A DNA stretch of 64,000 nucleotides from Candidatus Woesebacteria bacterium RIFCSPLOWO2_01_FULL_39_23 (lineage in GTDB: Bacteria; Patescibacteriota; Microgenomatia; UBA8517): assembly GCA_001793095.1 (NCBI GenBank), contig MGHG01000009.1:157042-221041 (forward strand), in the 5' to 3' direction. Of the stretch, positions 37,412 through 48,009 are shown one piece after another; position 1 is the stretch's first letter, and every line of letters begins with the position of its first letter. Both the position numbers and the translations under genes were made by a program. The notes beneath the pieces were generated by a model. It did not search any database. It was not told where the DNA came from and worked only from the letters and a program-made list of their open reading frames with translations.

Positions 37412-37660
37412 TTTCGTTTTAACTATAATGCATTATCCCCAATTTTCAAAATAATTTGTATTTAACATCTCACTATCTATTTACATAATTTCTTACCTTG
37501 CAAGGTCTCACCTTTAAAGGGTAACTTTCACCGAGCGGGAGGCCTGCATAGTGCCCCATCTGCATTTGGTAGCAATATTCATCCTAGCAACTTAATTATA
37601 TAACAATTTTACCTATTTGAATTTGCAAAAGTACCTATAGTCATATATAATACCTCGGTT

Positions 37661-37954
37661 ATGGTAGAAAGATCAATTGCCCAACAAATCCTCGATCAAG
37701 AAAAAAGTTTACCTGATGGTTTTCATGGGTTATTGATAAGACCTGACGGAAGAGAAGGATTCCTTTCAAAAATTAATACTCCAGGTGGAGAATCTATTTC
37801 ATGGTTTATAGTTGGGCAAGGTCAAGATCCCACAGAGGTTATGAAGGTAGGAGTGATGCTACATAAAATTTATTCCACTCCAAATGTCAAAGTAGATAGC
37901 AACTTAATAAGCTATCTTGGCAAAAGAGCGGAAGAACTAGCTAAACCAAAATAA
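37661..37954 (+). CDS. hypothetical protein (97 aa)
   Basis: ORF only. Confidence 0.3.
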   Translation: MVERSIAQQILDQEKSLPDGFHGLLIRPDGREGFLSKINTPGGESISWFIVGQGQDPTEVMKVGVMLHKIYSTPNVKVDSNLISYLGKRAEELAKPK

Positions 37955-38074
37955 CTCCAGATATATTATAAAATGTACCCGTGCAAATCCTTCTTTTGTT
38001 ACAAATAGCGACAACATATCATACATATTCTCCAATAATTAAAAATATCATTTTTATAAGGTATGAGGAGTACA

Positions 38075-38332
38075 TTATGTACTTCTACCTTCCTCACAAT
38101 CTCCCTTAATTTGATATTCTCCTGCTTGGTAAACCATTCCAAAACCCCGCTTTGCTAAAACGTGTTCATCACCGTAATAATCCAGCACCTGAGTTTGTCT
38201 ACCGACTTTTTGTATACGTTTTATCAGACATTCGGAAGCGGGATTATTAGGACCGTAATTACATTTTAATATGGATATTTGAGGTGTTTTACCGCCCAAA
38301 TCTACGATTTCTAACTCAAATTTAAATGCCAT
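38075..38332 (-). CDS. hypothetical protein (85 aa)
   Basis: ORF only. The palindrome agtacat-t-atgtact overlaps its stop. Confidence 0.3.
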   Translation of the reverse strand: MAFKFELEIVDLGGKTPQISILKCNYGPNNPASECLIKRIQKVGRQTQVLDYYGDEHVLAKRGFGMVYQAGEYQIKGDCEEGRST

Positions 38333-38436
38333 ATTATTCTCAGAATTTACTAAATCACAACCAACAATTCTGTAATTATCTTCACAAATTTGACATGTAC
38401 TACACTGGGGTATTTAATTAAAATAATACCAATTTT

Positions 38437-39099
38437 ATGGACAGACCTAGGGGTGAGTCAGGAAAATATATTTCTAAAGAAGAAGCGGAAAATATTAGCG
38501 AACAAGACCTTCCGAAATTAGTGCATAAGTCGTCAACGATGACCGGCGCATTGAAGAAACTGAAAGATGCGTCAGAAGAAAAAACACTTGACGAACCCCT
38601 ATTGGATATCAAAGTCAATAATCCCCTGTCTAGACTTTACAAGCTTCTCAACCAACTTAAGAAAAAACAAACAACTACAATCACCTTTCGTTTGGGAATC
38701 CCTCTTATCGCTCTCCCCGTATTAATCACTGCTTTTGCTGGATTATTTTTCGGACTAGGTAAAGTAACAACACAACCTAAGGAAAAAATTGTCGAAGTTG
38801 AAAAAGAGCCTGATTTTGTCAATGTTTCAAAAGCAGGACTCTTAAAAATAATGGTGGGAGACGCGGAAAGTACATATTATTTAATTATGCCGTCCGGCGA
38901 AGCTATAAAATTAAATATTCCTTCAAGCTTTAACGTATCGAATTATGACGGAAAAAGGATTCTTGCAACCGGCAAGTACTATACTAAAGATCAATTAATT
39001 GTTGTTGATAGCATTTCTGGTCTCGAAGTACTCCCTCTCCGGCCATCACCCATTCCAACTCAAATCCCAACTCCAACGCCAAGTGAAATCGTTAATTAA
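38437..39099 (+). CDS. hypothetical membrane protein (single TM, Pro/Thr-rich C-terminus)
   Basis: ORF with a central TM (ITFRLGIPLIALPVLITAFAGLFFGLG). Convergent with ftsZ. Confidence 0.45.
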   Translation: MDRPRGESGKYISKEEAENISEQDLPKLVHKSSTMTGALKKLKDASEEKTLDEPLLDIKVNNPLSRLYKLLNQLKKKQTTTITFRLGIPLIALPVLITAFAGLFFGLGKVTTQPKEKIVEVEKEPDFVNVSKAGLLKIMVGDAESTYYLIMPSGEAIKLNIPSSFNVSNYDGKRILATGKYYTKDQLIVVDSISGLEVLPLRPSPIPTQIPTPTPSEIVN

Positions 39100-39114
39100 T
39101 ATGAAAATTAAGAA

Positions 39115-40263
39115 CTACTGAATTCTTCGAAGAAATGCCGGGATCTCAAATTTCTCTCCGAACGTGTCATCTTCCCCACCTTCAGTTGGGGGTTGCTCTT
39201 CTTCTTTGTCTTCTCTTTTCTCAGCTTGAATCGGGGACTCGCTTACTACACCCTGAATCGGAGGAATCCTTGGCTGGCTTATTTTTGCAAGCCTTGCTCT
39301 GGTTTCGTCAAAACCCGTCGCAACAACTGTAATTCTAATCTGATCAGCTAAATCATTTTTGATCACTGCCCCGAAAATAATATTGGCGTCGGTATCGGCA
39401 GCGCTACTTATAATCTTAGCTGCCTCATCAACCTCAAACATCGTTAAGTCAGGTCCACCAGTAATATTGAAAAGTACACCCGTTGCTCCTTCAATTGATA
39501 AATCAAGCAGTGGGGACGCAATTGATGCTCTCGCAGCCATCTGTGCTCGATTTTCTCCAACTCCGGTTCCTATACCCAAGAGTGCAGATCCTGCATTATT
39601 CATTATTGTTCTGACGTCAGCAAAGTCGACATTAATTAAGCCAGGGGTTGTAATAATTTCCGCAATACCTCCGACAGCCTGACCTAAAACCGAATCAGCT
39701 ACTTTAAAAGCTTCAAGAAGCGTCATTTTTCTATCGATGACATCCATCAAGCGTTGGTTAGGAATTACTATTAAAGTATCAACTTCATTCCTTAACGTCT
39801 CTATGCCTTCGTCGGCAACAACAGATCTTCTTGTCCCTTCAAACTGGAATGGTTTCGTTACAACAGCAACGGTTAAAGCGCCTGTTTCTTTAGCAAGTTT
39901 TGCAACTATAGGTGACGCGCCGGTACCGGTTCCGCCACCCATCCCGGCCGTAATAAAGACCATATCTGAATCAACCAACAACTCTTTTATTTTCTCCAAC
40001 GACTCTTCAGCAGCTTGCGATCCAATTGTAGGGTCTCCCCCAACTCCGAGGCCTTTTGTCAGTTTTTCACCTATTTGAAGCTTTGTTCCGGCTTTGTTAG
40101 CAAGAAGCACTTGTGCGTCAGTGTTTATTGAAATAAATTCAACTCCCGCGATATCATTTCCCTCAATCATTGAGCTGACAGCATTACCACCACCACCGCC
40201 TATGCCTATCACTTTAATTTTTGCAATTCTGCCGGAATCTGGTTTAACTAGTGCCATAAACAT
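39115..40263 (-). CDS. ftsZ: cell division GTPase FtsZ
   Basis: Tubulin signature GGGTGTG and T7 loop NVDFAD. Confidence 0.95.
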   Translation of the reverse strand: MFMALVKPDSGRIAKIKVIGIGGGGGNAVSSMIEGNDIAGVEFISINTDAQVLLANKAGTKLQIGEKLTKGLGVGGDPTIGSQAAEESLEKIKELLVDSDMVFITAGMGGGTGTGASPIVAKLAKETGALTVAVVTKPFQFEGTRRSVVADEGIETLRNEVDTLIVIPNQRLMDVIDRKMTLLEAFKVADSVLGQAVGGIAEIITTPGLINVDFADVRTIMNNAGSALLGIGTGVGENRAQMAARASIASPLLDLSIEGATGVLFNITGGPDLTMFEVDEAAKIISSAADTDANIIFGAVIKNDLADQIRITVVATGFDETRARLAKISQPRIPPIQGVVSESPIQAEKREDKEEEQPPTEGGEDDTFGEKFEIPAFLRRIQ

Positions 40264-40377
40264 CTCATACTTTCTTTTAGAAAAATAAAATATGACAAAG
40301 AAAACTTTTAGCTTCTTACGCTATTGGGCAAGATTCTACTATAGGAAGTCCATTAAAAACAAGTCCCGCAATTATTT

Positions 40378-41655
40378 TTAGGGCAGAAGATCTTTAATAA
40401 TCTCTATCAACTTTCCCGTAAATCCCTTCGTCGGTAATTTTAACCTATCTGTAAAGTTAGGTACATGACTTTTGGGAATGGTGGATGCACCCCAGAGTAT
40501 TAAGCCAACCGGCGTTGCAAAAGCGGGGTTCATTATATCATCTATGAGGCCGCTCACACCTCTTGGCTTGCCAATTCTTGTTGGCACACCCATGACTCTT
40601 TTTGCCGACTCCTCGCATCCGATTACATTTGCCCCTCCACCGGCTATTATCGCACCTGACGGGATTCTTGCACTTAAATTATCCCGATCAAGTTGTATCT
40701 TCACCATAGAAAATATTTCATTTAATCGGGGTTTTATTATGCCTTCAATTAAAGTTTTTTTTGAAATCTTCTTTGATTCATCTGCTCCTAGAATCGAAAC
40801 ATCAACCTGATCTTCTTCCGGGGTTTCTCTAACCCTTTTTCCAGCGTACCTTGATAAGGATATTTTAACTTTTTCAGCAGACTCAAGTGATAACCTTAAC
40901 CCTATAGCTAAATCATTTGTAACGTTTTTCGAGCCAATTGGGATAATAAATGAAGACGCCAATGCGCCGTCAATATATGCAGCAACCGAAGTTGTCCCGC
41001 CCCCAATATCAATCAACACACAACCAAGTTCTTTTTCAGTTTTAGTTAATACTGCTTCAGAGGCAGCTAAACCTGTAAAAACCATTTCTTCAATTTGAAT
41101 TCCGGCCTCATGCAGAACTTTTTCAACATTTTTAATCGCGGCAGAAGATGCCGAAACAATATGTGTTTCAACTTCAAGTCTTATACCTGACATACCGACG
41201 GGATTTTTAACCCCCACCTCCCCATCAACTACAAACTCTCTGGGAATGACGTGTACCAACTCCCTGGCCGTCGGAAGAGATACAGCTGATGCGGCTTCAA
41301 TTACCCTATCAACGTCTGTTGCTACAATCTCGCCGTTCGGGTCGGATACGGCAACAACACCATGCGAATTCTGCGATCCGACATTTGCACCACCCAAAGA
41401 AACGTATGCGCTTGTTAAATTGTAGCCTGCCATCCGCTCAGCAGCTTCAATAGATTCAATAATCGAATCAATTGCTTCTTCCGGGTCTACAATTTGCCCT
41501 TTTCTGATACCCTTAGATTCTGAAGTTGCAACTCCCACTACATTCAAATTCGAACTTAATCCACCCTCTTCACTAACCGAATGTGCAATCACAGTTGATA
41601 TCTTTGAAGAACCGAGATCAATTCCTGCAATTAGTCTTGTTTTAGGTTTAGCCAT
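40378..41655 (-). CDS. ftsA: cell division protein FtsA (actin-like ATPase)
   Basis: Actin-fold phosphate motifs (IGIDLGSSKI, VLIDIGGGTT) and its position upstream of ftsZ. Confidence 0.9.
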   Translation of the reverse strand: MAKPKTRLIAGIDLGSSKISTVIAHSVSEEGGLSSNLNVVGVATSESKGIRKGQIVDPEEAIDSIIESIEAAERMAGYNLTSAYVSLGGANVGSQNSHGVVAVSDPNGEIVATDVDRVIEAASAVSLPTARELVHVIPREFVVDGEVGVKNPVGMSGIRLEVETHIVSASSAAIKNVEKVLHEAGIQIEEMVFTGLAASEAVLTKTEKELGCVLIDIGGGTTSVAAYIDGALASSFIIPIGSKNVTNDLAIGLRLSLESAEKVKISLSRYAGKRVRETPEEDQVDVSILGADESKKISKKTLIEGIIKPRLNEIFSMVKIQLDRDNLSARIPSGAIIAGGGANVIGCEESAKRVMGVPTRIGKPRGVSGLIDDIMNPAFATPVGLILWGASTIPKSHVPNFTDRLKLPTKGFTGKLIEIIKDLLP

Positions 41656-41658
41656 AAA

Positions 41659-42375
41659 TTAATTTACTTCCGTACTCCCAACGCGTAAGATTGGATTTTT
41701 ATATCGGAGGTCAATTTCTTTTACACCGATTAGATTCATAATGTCACTACCGGCTTTAATCTTTGACATAATGAGAAACATTGATCCAACCAACGCATCT
41801 TTGTCACCCTCTACCGGAAATAGTATCTTAAGCCCGGCATCCAGTTCAACTATTAAAGTATTATTCTCAATCCTTGCTACTTTTACATTAAAACCTGGAT
41901 GAATAACTCTAATAATTGAAAGTGCGAAAAGCTCATCGGCTCCGACACTAGTCCCCTGCAAAGGTAGCGTACTATCGCTAATAATAAAGGGTAAATTAGT
42001 ACTGTTACTTTCACTTAAAACTAAACCGCGTTTGTCTATTTGCATGTATTTAGCGTTAGATGAATCTGTCATAGAATATATCGGGGTTTTTTCTAGTACC
42101 CTTACTATTATGGCGTAAGGAATTCGATATTGTAAAGAATAATCCGAAACCATCAAATTATTACGTAGTTCGGACGAAATCTCTTTTTTTGTATTATACA
42201 GATTTTTTTTGTCAACATTTTCCAAGTTTTTCTTTAGCGTTTCGCTGCAATTCCCATACTGACTAAAACAATTCACCTCGTTAATCGGTACCAATTTAGG
42301 AATATATCCTATCAAAAAGATTACTAAGGTCGGGATCATTAGTAGTGTTAATATCTTAACAAGCTTCTTTAGCAT
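41659..42375 (-). CDS. ftsQ: FtsQ/DivIB-like cell division protein
   Basis: N-terminal TM plus a POTRA-like region; its position between murG and ftsA. Confidence 0.55.
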   Translation of the reverse strand: MLKKLVKILTLLMIPTLVIFLIGYIPKLVPINEVNCFSQYGNCSETLKKNLENVDKKNLYNTKKEISSELRNNLMVSDYSLQYRIPYAIIVRVLEKTPIYSMTDSSNAKYMQIDKRGLVLSESNSTNLPFIISDSTLPLQGTSVGADELFALSIIRVIHPGFNVKVARIENNTLIVELDAGLKILFPVEGDKDALVGSMFLIMSKIKAGSDIMNLIGVKEIDLRYKNPILRVGSTEVN

Positions 42376-43478
42376 AAATTTTCAATCAAATTTACAAGTT
42401 TTTGGGCAGCCTTTTCGTCTCCCAACTCAGAAGTCTTCATCTTTGATATGGTTTCATCCCAATTACCGAATGCGTCTTCAATAGTCTCATATAAAAGGAG
42501 GGGTGAAAGTTTATCCTGTTCAATGATCTTTGCAATTCCAAGGTCAACTGCAATCTTAGCGTTTTTAAATTGCTCGTTTTCATAAGAGAACAGGATTGGA
42601 ATATAAATAGCCGGTTTTTTTAGCGTAATAAGTTCAGAGACCACATTAGCGCCCGATCTAGAGACAATGACATCGGCCCGATCAAGAATTTTGTACCAAT
42701 TCCACGACTCAATCATCGGATAAACTTCAATTTTCTGCCTTAATCCGTCGGGAAGTTTTTGCTTAATATTTTTGAATTCCTCAAACTGGCTAAATCCAGT
42801 TTGCTGAATGACATAATATTTTTGCAAAAGTTTTATTAATATTGGTTTGACTGTATCATTTATTGTTTCTGATCCTCGGGACCCACCGGTTATAAAAATC
42901 GTTTTATTTTCATGAAGGCTTGTTCGAACCTTAAGAGATAAAACCTCTCTGGAAATGGGGTTACCGACTACGACACACTTATTTACCGGAAAATAGTTAA
43001 GACTTTCTTTCCGAGCCAATGCAATTTTCCTCGCAAATAAAGACGAATACTTATTAGCAAAACCCACCGCAACTGTTTGTTCATGTATAACGAGCGGTGT
43101 CTTTTTTAACCAAGATGCCACGGAAATACTAAATCCCACAGCCCCACCGAAAGAGAGCGTTATGTCCGGTTGTATTTTATTAAAGATAAAATACGCACTC
43201 AACAAACCTGAAGGAATTTTCAAAATTGACGGGATCGTATGTCTGGTAAATTTTCTCTGGATTCTGCCTGATTCTATCGAATAAAATTTAATATTCATCT
43301 TAGGGAAAATTGTATTTTCTAGAGTGGGCACTTTTTTACCTGCTACCGCACTTTTAGCTCCCACAAAAAATATTTTCCAGTTATATTTCTTACTTAATTT
43401 AAGCTCTTCAATCACCGCGTAAGAGGTAGAACCAGCATGACTGCCTGCTATTAGTATTTTTTTATCTAGTTTCTGCAT
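42369..43478 (-). CDS. murG: undecaprenyldiphospho-muramoylpentapeptide beta-N-acetylglucosaminyltransferase
   Basis: GT28 pattern (GGSxG N-terminal G-loop, C-terminal GGSRGS ... SRSGANVVSEL). Confidence 0.85.
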   Translation of the reverse strand: MQKLDKKILIAGSHAGSTSYAVIEELKLSKKYNWKIFFVGAKSAVAGKKVPTLENTIFPKMNIKFYSIESGRIQRKFTRHTIPSILKIPSGLLSAYFIFNKIQPDITLSFGGAVGFSISVASWLKKTPLVIHEQTVAVGFANKYSSLFARKIALARKESLNYFPVNKCVVVGNPISREVLSLKVRTSLHENKTIFITGGSRGSETINDTVKPILIKLLQKYYVIQQTGFSQFEEFKNIKQKLPDGLRQKIEVYPMIESWNWYKILDRADVIVSRSGANVVSELITLKKPAIYIPILFSYENEQFKNAKIAVDLGIAKIIEQDKLSPLLLYETIEDAFGNWDETISKMKTSELGDEKAAQKLVNLIENLC

Positions 43479-44553
43479 GTCGACTTATATTTAATAGTAT
43501 CCCTATAGCAATCAATATTGAAATAATTGATGACCCTCCATAAGAGAAAAAAGGCAAAGGGACACCAGTAAGCGGAGTTAAAACAACAATTGAGTTGAGA
43601 TTTATTAAAGTCTGACTTGCCAACCATGATGTAATTCCAAGTGCAAGTATAAAAGAAAATTTATCTGGAGCAGTTTTAACTATCTTTATACATCTGGCAA
43701 TAAAAAAAATAAATAATAGGATCACAATAAATGCGCCTACGAATCCGATTTCTTCAGATATAACTGCAAATATCGAATCGGTTGCCGCTTCCGGTAAAAA
43801 TAAATATTTCTGTCTTGATTGTCCCAAACCTACACCCAATAAACCACCAGATCCTAAGGCATACAAAATCTGTGTTATATGATATGACCGACCTAAAACA
43901 TCATTTATCGGATGCAAAAAAGTCAACAACCTGCTTCTCCTATATGCTGAGCCGATTATTAATAGCAGAGAGGCTATTACTCCACCAAAACCTATATAAA
44001 ATAGGTTCAATATCGGTAAACCCGAAATATATAACTGTGAAAATGTTACAACAGCAATAATTAAAGCCGTGCCCAGATCAGGCTGTAACATTACCAAAAA
44101 GAGAACAACTATTAAAGGTACGAGGTAAGCTAATATCTTTTTTCCTGAAGCTGCAACTTTAGCAATATAAATGGCTAAGGTTAGTTTTACAATTTCTGAC
44201 GGTTGAAATGTAAACTCTCCTAAAACTATCCATCTTTTTGCTCCTAATACTTTGACGCCAATTGGAGGAATCAAAACAACAATCAATGTTACAAGCGTCA
44301 AAAAAAATAAAACAACAGCGAATTTTTTCCAAACAGAGTAATTAATTCTTGATACAAATAGCATCAAAAACGTTCCCAACACCCCCCAATATAATTGCTG
44401 CCTGGCAAAATAAAATCTGTCTGAAAACTTATTTAATGCTTCCGGCCCGGATGCATCAAGAATGAATAATATCCCGAGTAAGGTAAATGTAACAGTGGTT
44501 AGTAGAAGTATTTTGTCATATGATTTTCTCTGTTTTTTTAATCTTATTTTCAT
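43462..44553 (-). CDS. ftsW: SEDS-family cell division protein FtsW
   Basis: SEDS motifs GSGGLLGVGLGQSRQKYLFLPEAATDSIFA; within the dcw cluster. Confidence 0.85.
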   Translation of the reverse strand: MKIRLKKQRKSYDKILLLTTVTFTLLGILFILDASGPEALNKFSDRFYFARQQLYWGVLGTFLMLFVSRINYSVWKKFAVVLFFLTLVTLIVVLIPPIGVKVLGAKRWIVLGEFTFQPSEIVKLTLAIYIAKVAASGKKILAYLVPLIVVLFLVMLQPDLGTALIIAVVTFSQLYISGLPILNLFYIGFGGVIASLLLIIGSAYRRSRLLTFLHPINDVLGRSYHITQILYALGSGGLLGVGLGQSRQKYLFLPEAATDSIFAVISEEIGFVGAFIVILLFIFFIARCIKIVKTAPDKFSFILALGITSWLASQTLINLNSIVVLTPLTGVPLPFFSYGGSSIISILIAIGILLNISRHAETR

Positions 44554-44580
44554 AAATTGCGGGAAATGTAATCACTATAC

Positions 44581-45636
44581 TTATATCGTTGCAAGCCATA
44601 AACCAAAAATTGCCAAAACGAAACCAACCAAAAGAGCCCGCGTTACAATTTTCGGTTCCTCCCAACCGATCGCCAATAATGTATGATGAACGGGAGCTAA
44701 AGGAAATATCGGTCTTTTGATAAATTTCCAGCCAATCATTTGAACTGCAGAGGATAGTAATTCAACTACGAAAACCCCTCCGATTATTGTCAGGGCAATT
44801 ATACTTCCGGTTAATAACCCAATGATCGCCAAAGTCGCTCCGAAAGCTAAGGCACCGGCATCTCCTAAAAATATTCTCGCAGGCCACACATTGAAATAGA
44901 GAAACGCAATAAGCGAACCGAAAAGCAGTGCTATAAATAACGAAAGAGGTGTATCAAGAAAAGATGAAGATATCATCCCAAAAGCACCGAGACAAATCAG
45001 AAGGAGCCCCGAAGCCAAACCATCAAGACCGTCCGTGATATTAAAAGCGTTGGCAAAGGCAACAATTACAAAAGCGGAAAAAGGCATATACCAAAACCCT
45101 AAATTTATAGTTGAACCGACAAGGGGTATATGGAGGATGTTAATCCCCAGGCTGTAATGAAGGATATAGGCTACAATAAAAGCCAAAATCCACTGTAAAA
45201 TAAATTTCTGTTTTCTTGTCAAACCAAAAATAAGGCCCAGAGTACCCTTCTTGGGTTTTCCGAACGTTTTTATTAAATCATCGCTTAGTCCGAGAGCCCC
45301 GAAGGATAAAAATGTAAAAAAGATAACGAAAAGCTCCGGTTTAAAATCAAAAGAACTCCTTATATACACACCCATGTGTGAGGCAAAGGGAAAAAGTAGT
45401 GAAAACAGTATCGTAACTACGGCAATTATTAAAATTCCGCCACCGAGAGGCGTACCGGCTTTGATATCATGGAGTTGATCAAATAACGGCACCTTACCGA
45501 CTGATGGAGCCTCCTTTTTTCTTGTCCATTTTAATTTATAGAGAAGGTTAATATAGGGAACTATTAGTAAACTTGTTACAAAAAAAGAAAAAAGGATAAG
45601 GCCTAACGCCAAGGGCAGCAGGTTTGGCAAATTCAT
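44581..45636 (-). CDS. mraY: phospho-N-acetylmuramoyl-pentapeptide transferase
   Basis: Polytopic membrane protein with the MraY DD(x)D loop ANAFNITDGLDGLA and PVHHT. Confidence 0.9.
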   Translation of the reverse strand: MNLPNLLPLALGLILFSFFVTSLLIVPYINLLYKLKWTRKKEAPSVGKVPLFDQLHDIKAGTPLGGGILIIAVVTILFSLLFPFASHMGVYIRSSFDFKPELFVIFFTFLSFGALGLSDDLIKTFGKPKKGTLGLIFGLTRKQKFILQWILAFIVAYILHYSLGINILHIPLVGSTINLGFWYMPFSAFVIVAFANAFNITDGLDGLASGLLLICLGAFGMISSSFLDTPLSLFIALLFGSLIAFLYFNVWPARIFLGDAGALAFGATLAIIGLLTGSIIALTIIGGVFVVELLSSAVQMIGWKFIKRPIFPLAPVHHTLLAIGWEEPKIVTRALLVGFVLAIFGLWLATI

Positions 45637-45725
45637 AAGTTATTCATACTTTCTTCTTAGAAGAAAGTATGGCAAAGAAAACAACGGCAACAACATATCT
45701 ATAATATACCTATTTTCACAATAAA

Positions 45726-46988
45726 TCATGTAAAGTTCGGTACAATTTTATCTAAACCAATTGATCTAGACCCTTTAATCAATATTGCGTAATCTTTTTT
45801 GTTATATTTTTTCAGTACTGGAATAACATCACTTGACGTTTCTAAGGACACTACTTTGGTTTCACCCATTACAACTGAGGCTGAATTCGCGGTTAACTTT
45901 GATGCTTTACCCACACAAATTAGCATATCTAAATTATGTTTGGCTAAATACTTTCCCAGATCAATATGGTATTTTTCCTCCAAATTACCTAATTCCAGCA
46001 TGTCTCCAAAAACTACAACTTTTTTCTTTTTACCTGCTATGTGATTAAATGATTGCAGCGCTGCCATTGCAGCAAGGGGATTATTGTTATAAGAATCATC
46101 TACTATAAGGGCGCCTCCACTTCCCTGAATAATTTTCATTCTGTGCTCCGGCTGTTTGAAGTTTTCCAAACCCCTTTTGATATCCTTTATATCTACCCCC
46201 AAGGCATTACATACGGCGGCAGCGGCCAAAGAATTTTCTGCGAACTGATCTCCCACCAAGGGCAAGTATATTTTGGATCGATATCTAGCGTTTTTACCAA
46301 GAATAAGCTTATAACTATACTTGTAATCTTTTGTAATAACAGGACTCTCAAATCTTACACCTTTACCACCAAACCAAATTATTTTTGCTTTAATTAATGG
46401 TATTAGAGTTCTTAAATAGTTATTATTCCAATTTAGTATCGCAACATCTTTAACTCCAAGGCTTTTGACCAATTTACTTTTTTCATGCAAAACTCCCTGC
46501 TCATTTTTGAAAAATAAAGTATGTGTTGGATAAATATTTGTTATTACGCCAATATCGGGTTTTGCCAGCCATAAGTAATAGTCCATTTCCCCCGGATATT
46601 CCACGGACATTTCCAATATCAAATATTTCGTTTCGGGTTGGCATCTTAAAATAGTGTTGGGAATATTATAAACAGAATCAACATTCGGCAGGGTACACAC
46701 CACACTCCCGTTTTGTTTAAGTATCGAATTGATCATTTGAGATGTAGTACTTTTACCAACGCTCCCAGTAATTCCTATCACCTTTATGTCAGTGAAATGT
46801 TGTAATAGTCTTAAATATTGCCTTGCGGCTCTTCTTTTAATTGGGTGACTAAACCACTGTATTATTCTGTAATTAATCAGACTTAATACACCTTTTTCTT
46901 TTAGGAGTGGTAAACCATAGACATCCTGATAAGGAAGTTTGGGTGTTACCCACCACTTAATAAGGCTATTAACTTTATTCTGTTGCAT
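45726..46988 (-). CDS. murF: UDP-MurNAc-tripeptide--D-alanyl-D-alanine ligase
   Basis: Mur ligase P-loop GITGSVGKSTT; its position upstream of mraY. Confidence 0.85.
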   Translation of the reverse strand: MQQNKVNSLIKWWVTPKLPYQDVYGLPLLKEKGVLSLINYRIIQWFSHPIKRRAARQYLRLLQHFTDIKVIGITGSVGKSTTSQMINSILKQNGSVVCTLPNVDSVYNIPNTILRCQPETKYLILEMSVEYPGEMDYYLWLAKPDIGVITNIYPTHTLFFKNEQGVLHEKSKLVKSLGVKDVAILNWNNNYLRTLIPLIKAKIIWFGGKGVRFESPVITKDYKYSYKLILGKNARYRSKIYLPLVGDQFAENSLAAAAVCNALGVDIKDIKRGLENFKQPEHRMKIIQGSGGALIVDDSYNNNPLAAMAALQSFNHIAGKKKKVVVFGDMLELGNLEEKYHIDLGKYLAKHNLDMLICVGKASKLTANSASVVMGETKVVSLETSSDVIPVLKKYNKKDYAILIKGSRSIGLDKIVPNFT

Positions 46989-48006
46989 AATTTATTATTT
47001 TATCAAGGAGTTTAGTATATTTAATTCCCGCAGCTCTTGCTGCTTTAGGCAATAACGACGTTGGAGTGAGGCCGGGTATAGTATTTATTTCTAATACTAC
47101 CGGCGTTTCGTTATTCTTTAAAATAAAATCAACTCTTGCAAAACCTCTACAACCAATTTCATTATATACCTTAATCGCTAAGTCCTTTACTTTTTGGGTT
47201 AATTTTTTCGTAATATTAGCCGGAACAAGTTCTTCTGCACCAGATTCTTTATATTTGGAGTCATAATCAAAATATTTGCCTATTAATGGATGTATCTCAA
47301 CGAGAGGTAACGCAAATGGCATATTGTTCCCCAAAATGCCGCACGTAACCTCTTTACCTTGAACAAACTCATCAATTAAAACAGTATTACTATATTTGAA
47401 AGCACGTTCCAACGAAGATTTCAAATCTTTTTGTTTTCTTACAAGAGATGTTCCTACCGACGATCCTTGGTTATGGGGTTTAACAAAATAAGGGTAATCA
47501 CCCAACCTTGTTCTTAAGTTTGTTATTTTTTCACCTTTACTAAGTGCGACATATTTTGGGATAGGAACATTTACTCTTTGCATTAATTTTCTAAAAACCA
47601 ACTTGTCCACACCCAAAGCACTTGCTAATACCCCAGACCCCGTATACTTTAGGCCTACCGTTTCCAACATGCCTTGGATAGTTCCATCTTCACCAAATAC
47701 ACCATGCATGGCTATAAAAACGACATCTGATTCCTTTATCTTATCTCCTAACGAAGAAACTACTTCATACGTACTTAATGAAATTTCTTTTGAGGTACCC
47801 TTAAGATCCAAGACGTTTGTTAATTTTAATATTATCTCTTTAGAAGTTAAGAGCCACTTATCGCCTTTTTTAGATATAACTAGAGGCAAAATTTCATATT
47901 TGCTTGGTGATAAATTTGCAACAACCTCACGACCGCTAATTAATGATATTTCGTGTTCGGGTGACTTGCCTCCCATCAAGACAAGCACTTTTAATTTTTT
48001 ATGCAT
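46975..48006 (-). CDS. ddl: D-alanine--D-alanine ligase
   Basis: ATP-grasp Ddl pattern (VLVLMGGKSPEHEISLISG ... EINTIPG). Confidence 0.9.
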   Translation of the reverse strand: MHKKLKVLVLMGGKSPEHEISLISGREVVANLSPSKYEILPLVISKKGDKWLLTSKEIILKLTNVLDLKGTSKEISLSTYEVVSSLGDKIKESDVVFIAMHGVFGEDGTIQGMLETVGLKYTGSGVLASALGVDKLVFRKLMQRVNVPIPKYVALSKGEKITNLRTRLGDYPYFVKPHNQGSSVGTSLVRKQKDLKSSLERAFKYSNTVLIDEFVQGKEVTCGILGNNMPFALPLVEIHPLIGKYFDYDSKYKESGAEELVPANITKKLTQKVKDLAIKVYNEIGCRGFARVDFILKNNETPVVLEINTIPGLTPTSLLPKAARAAGIKYTKLLDKIINYATE

Positions 48007-48009
48007 CTG

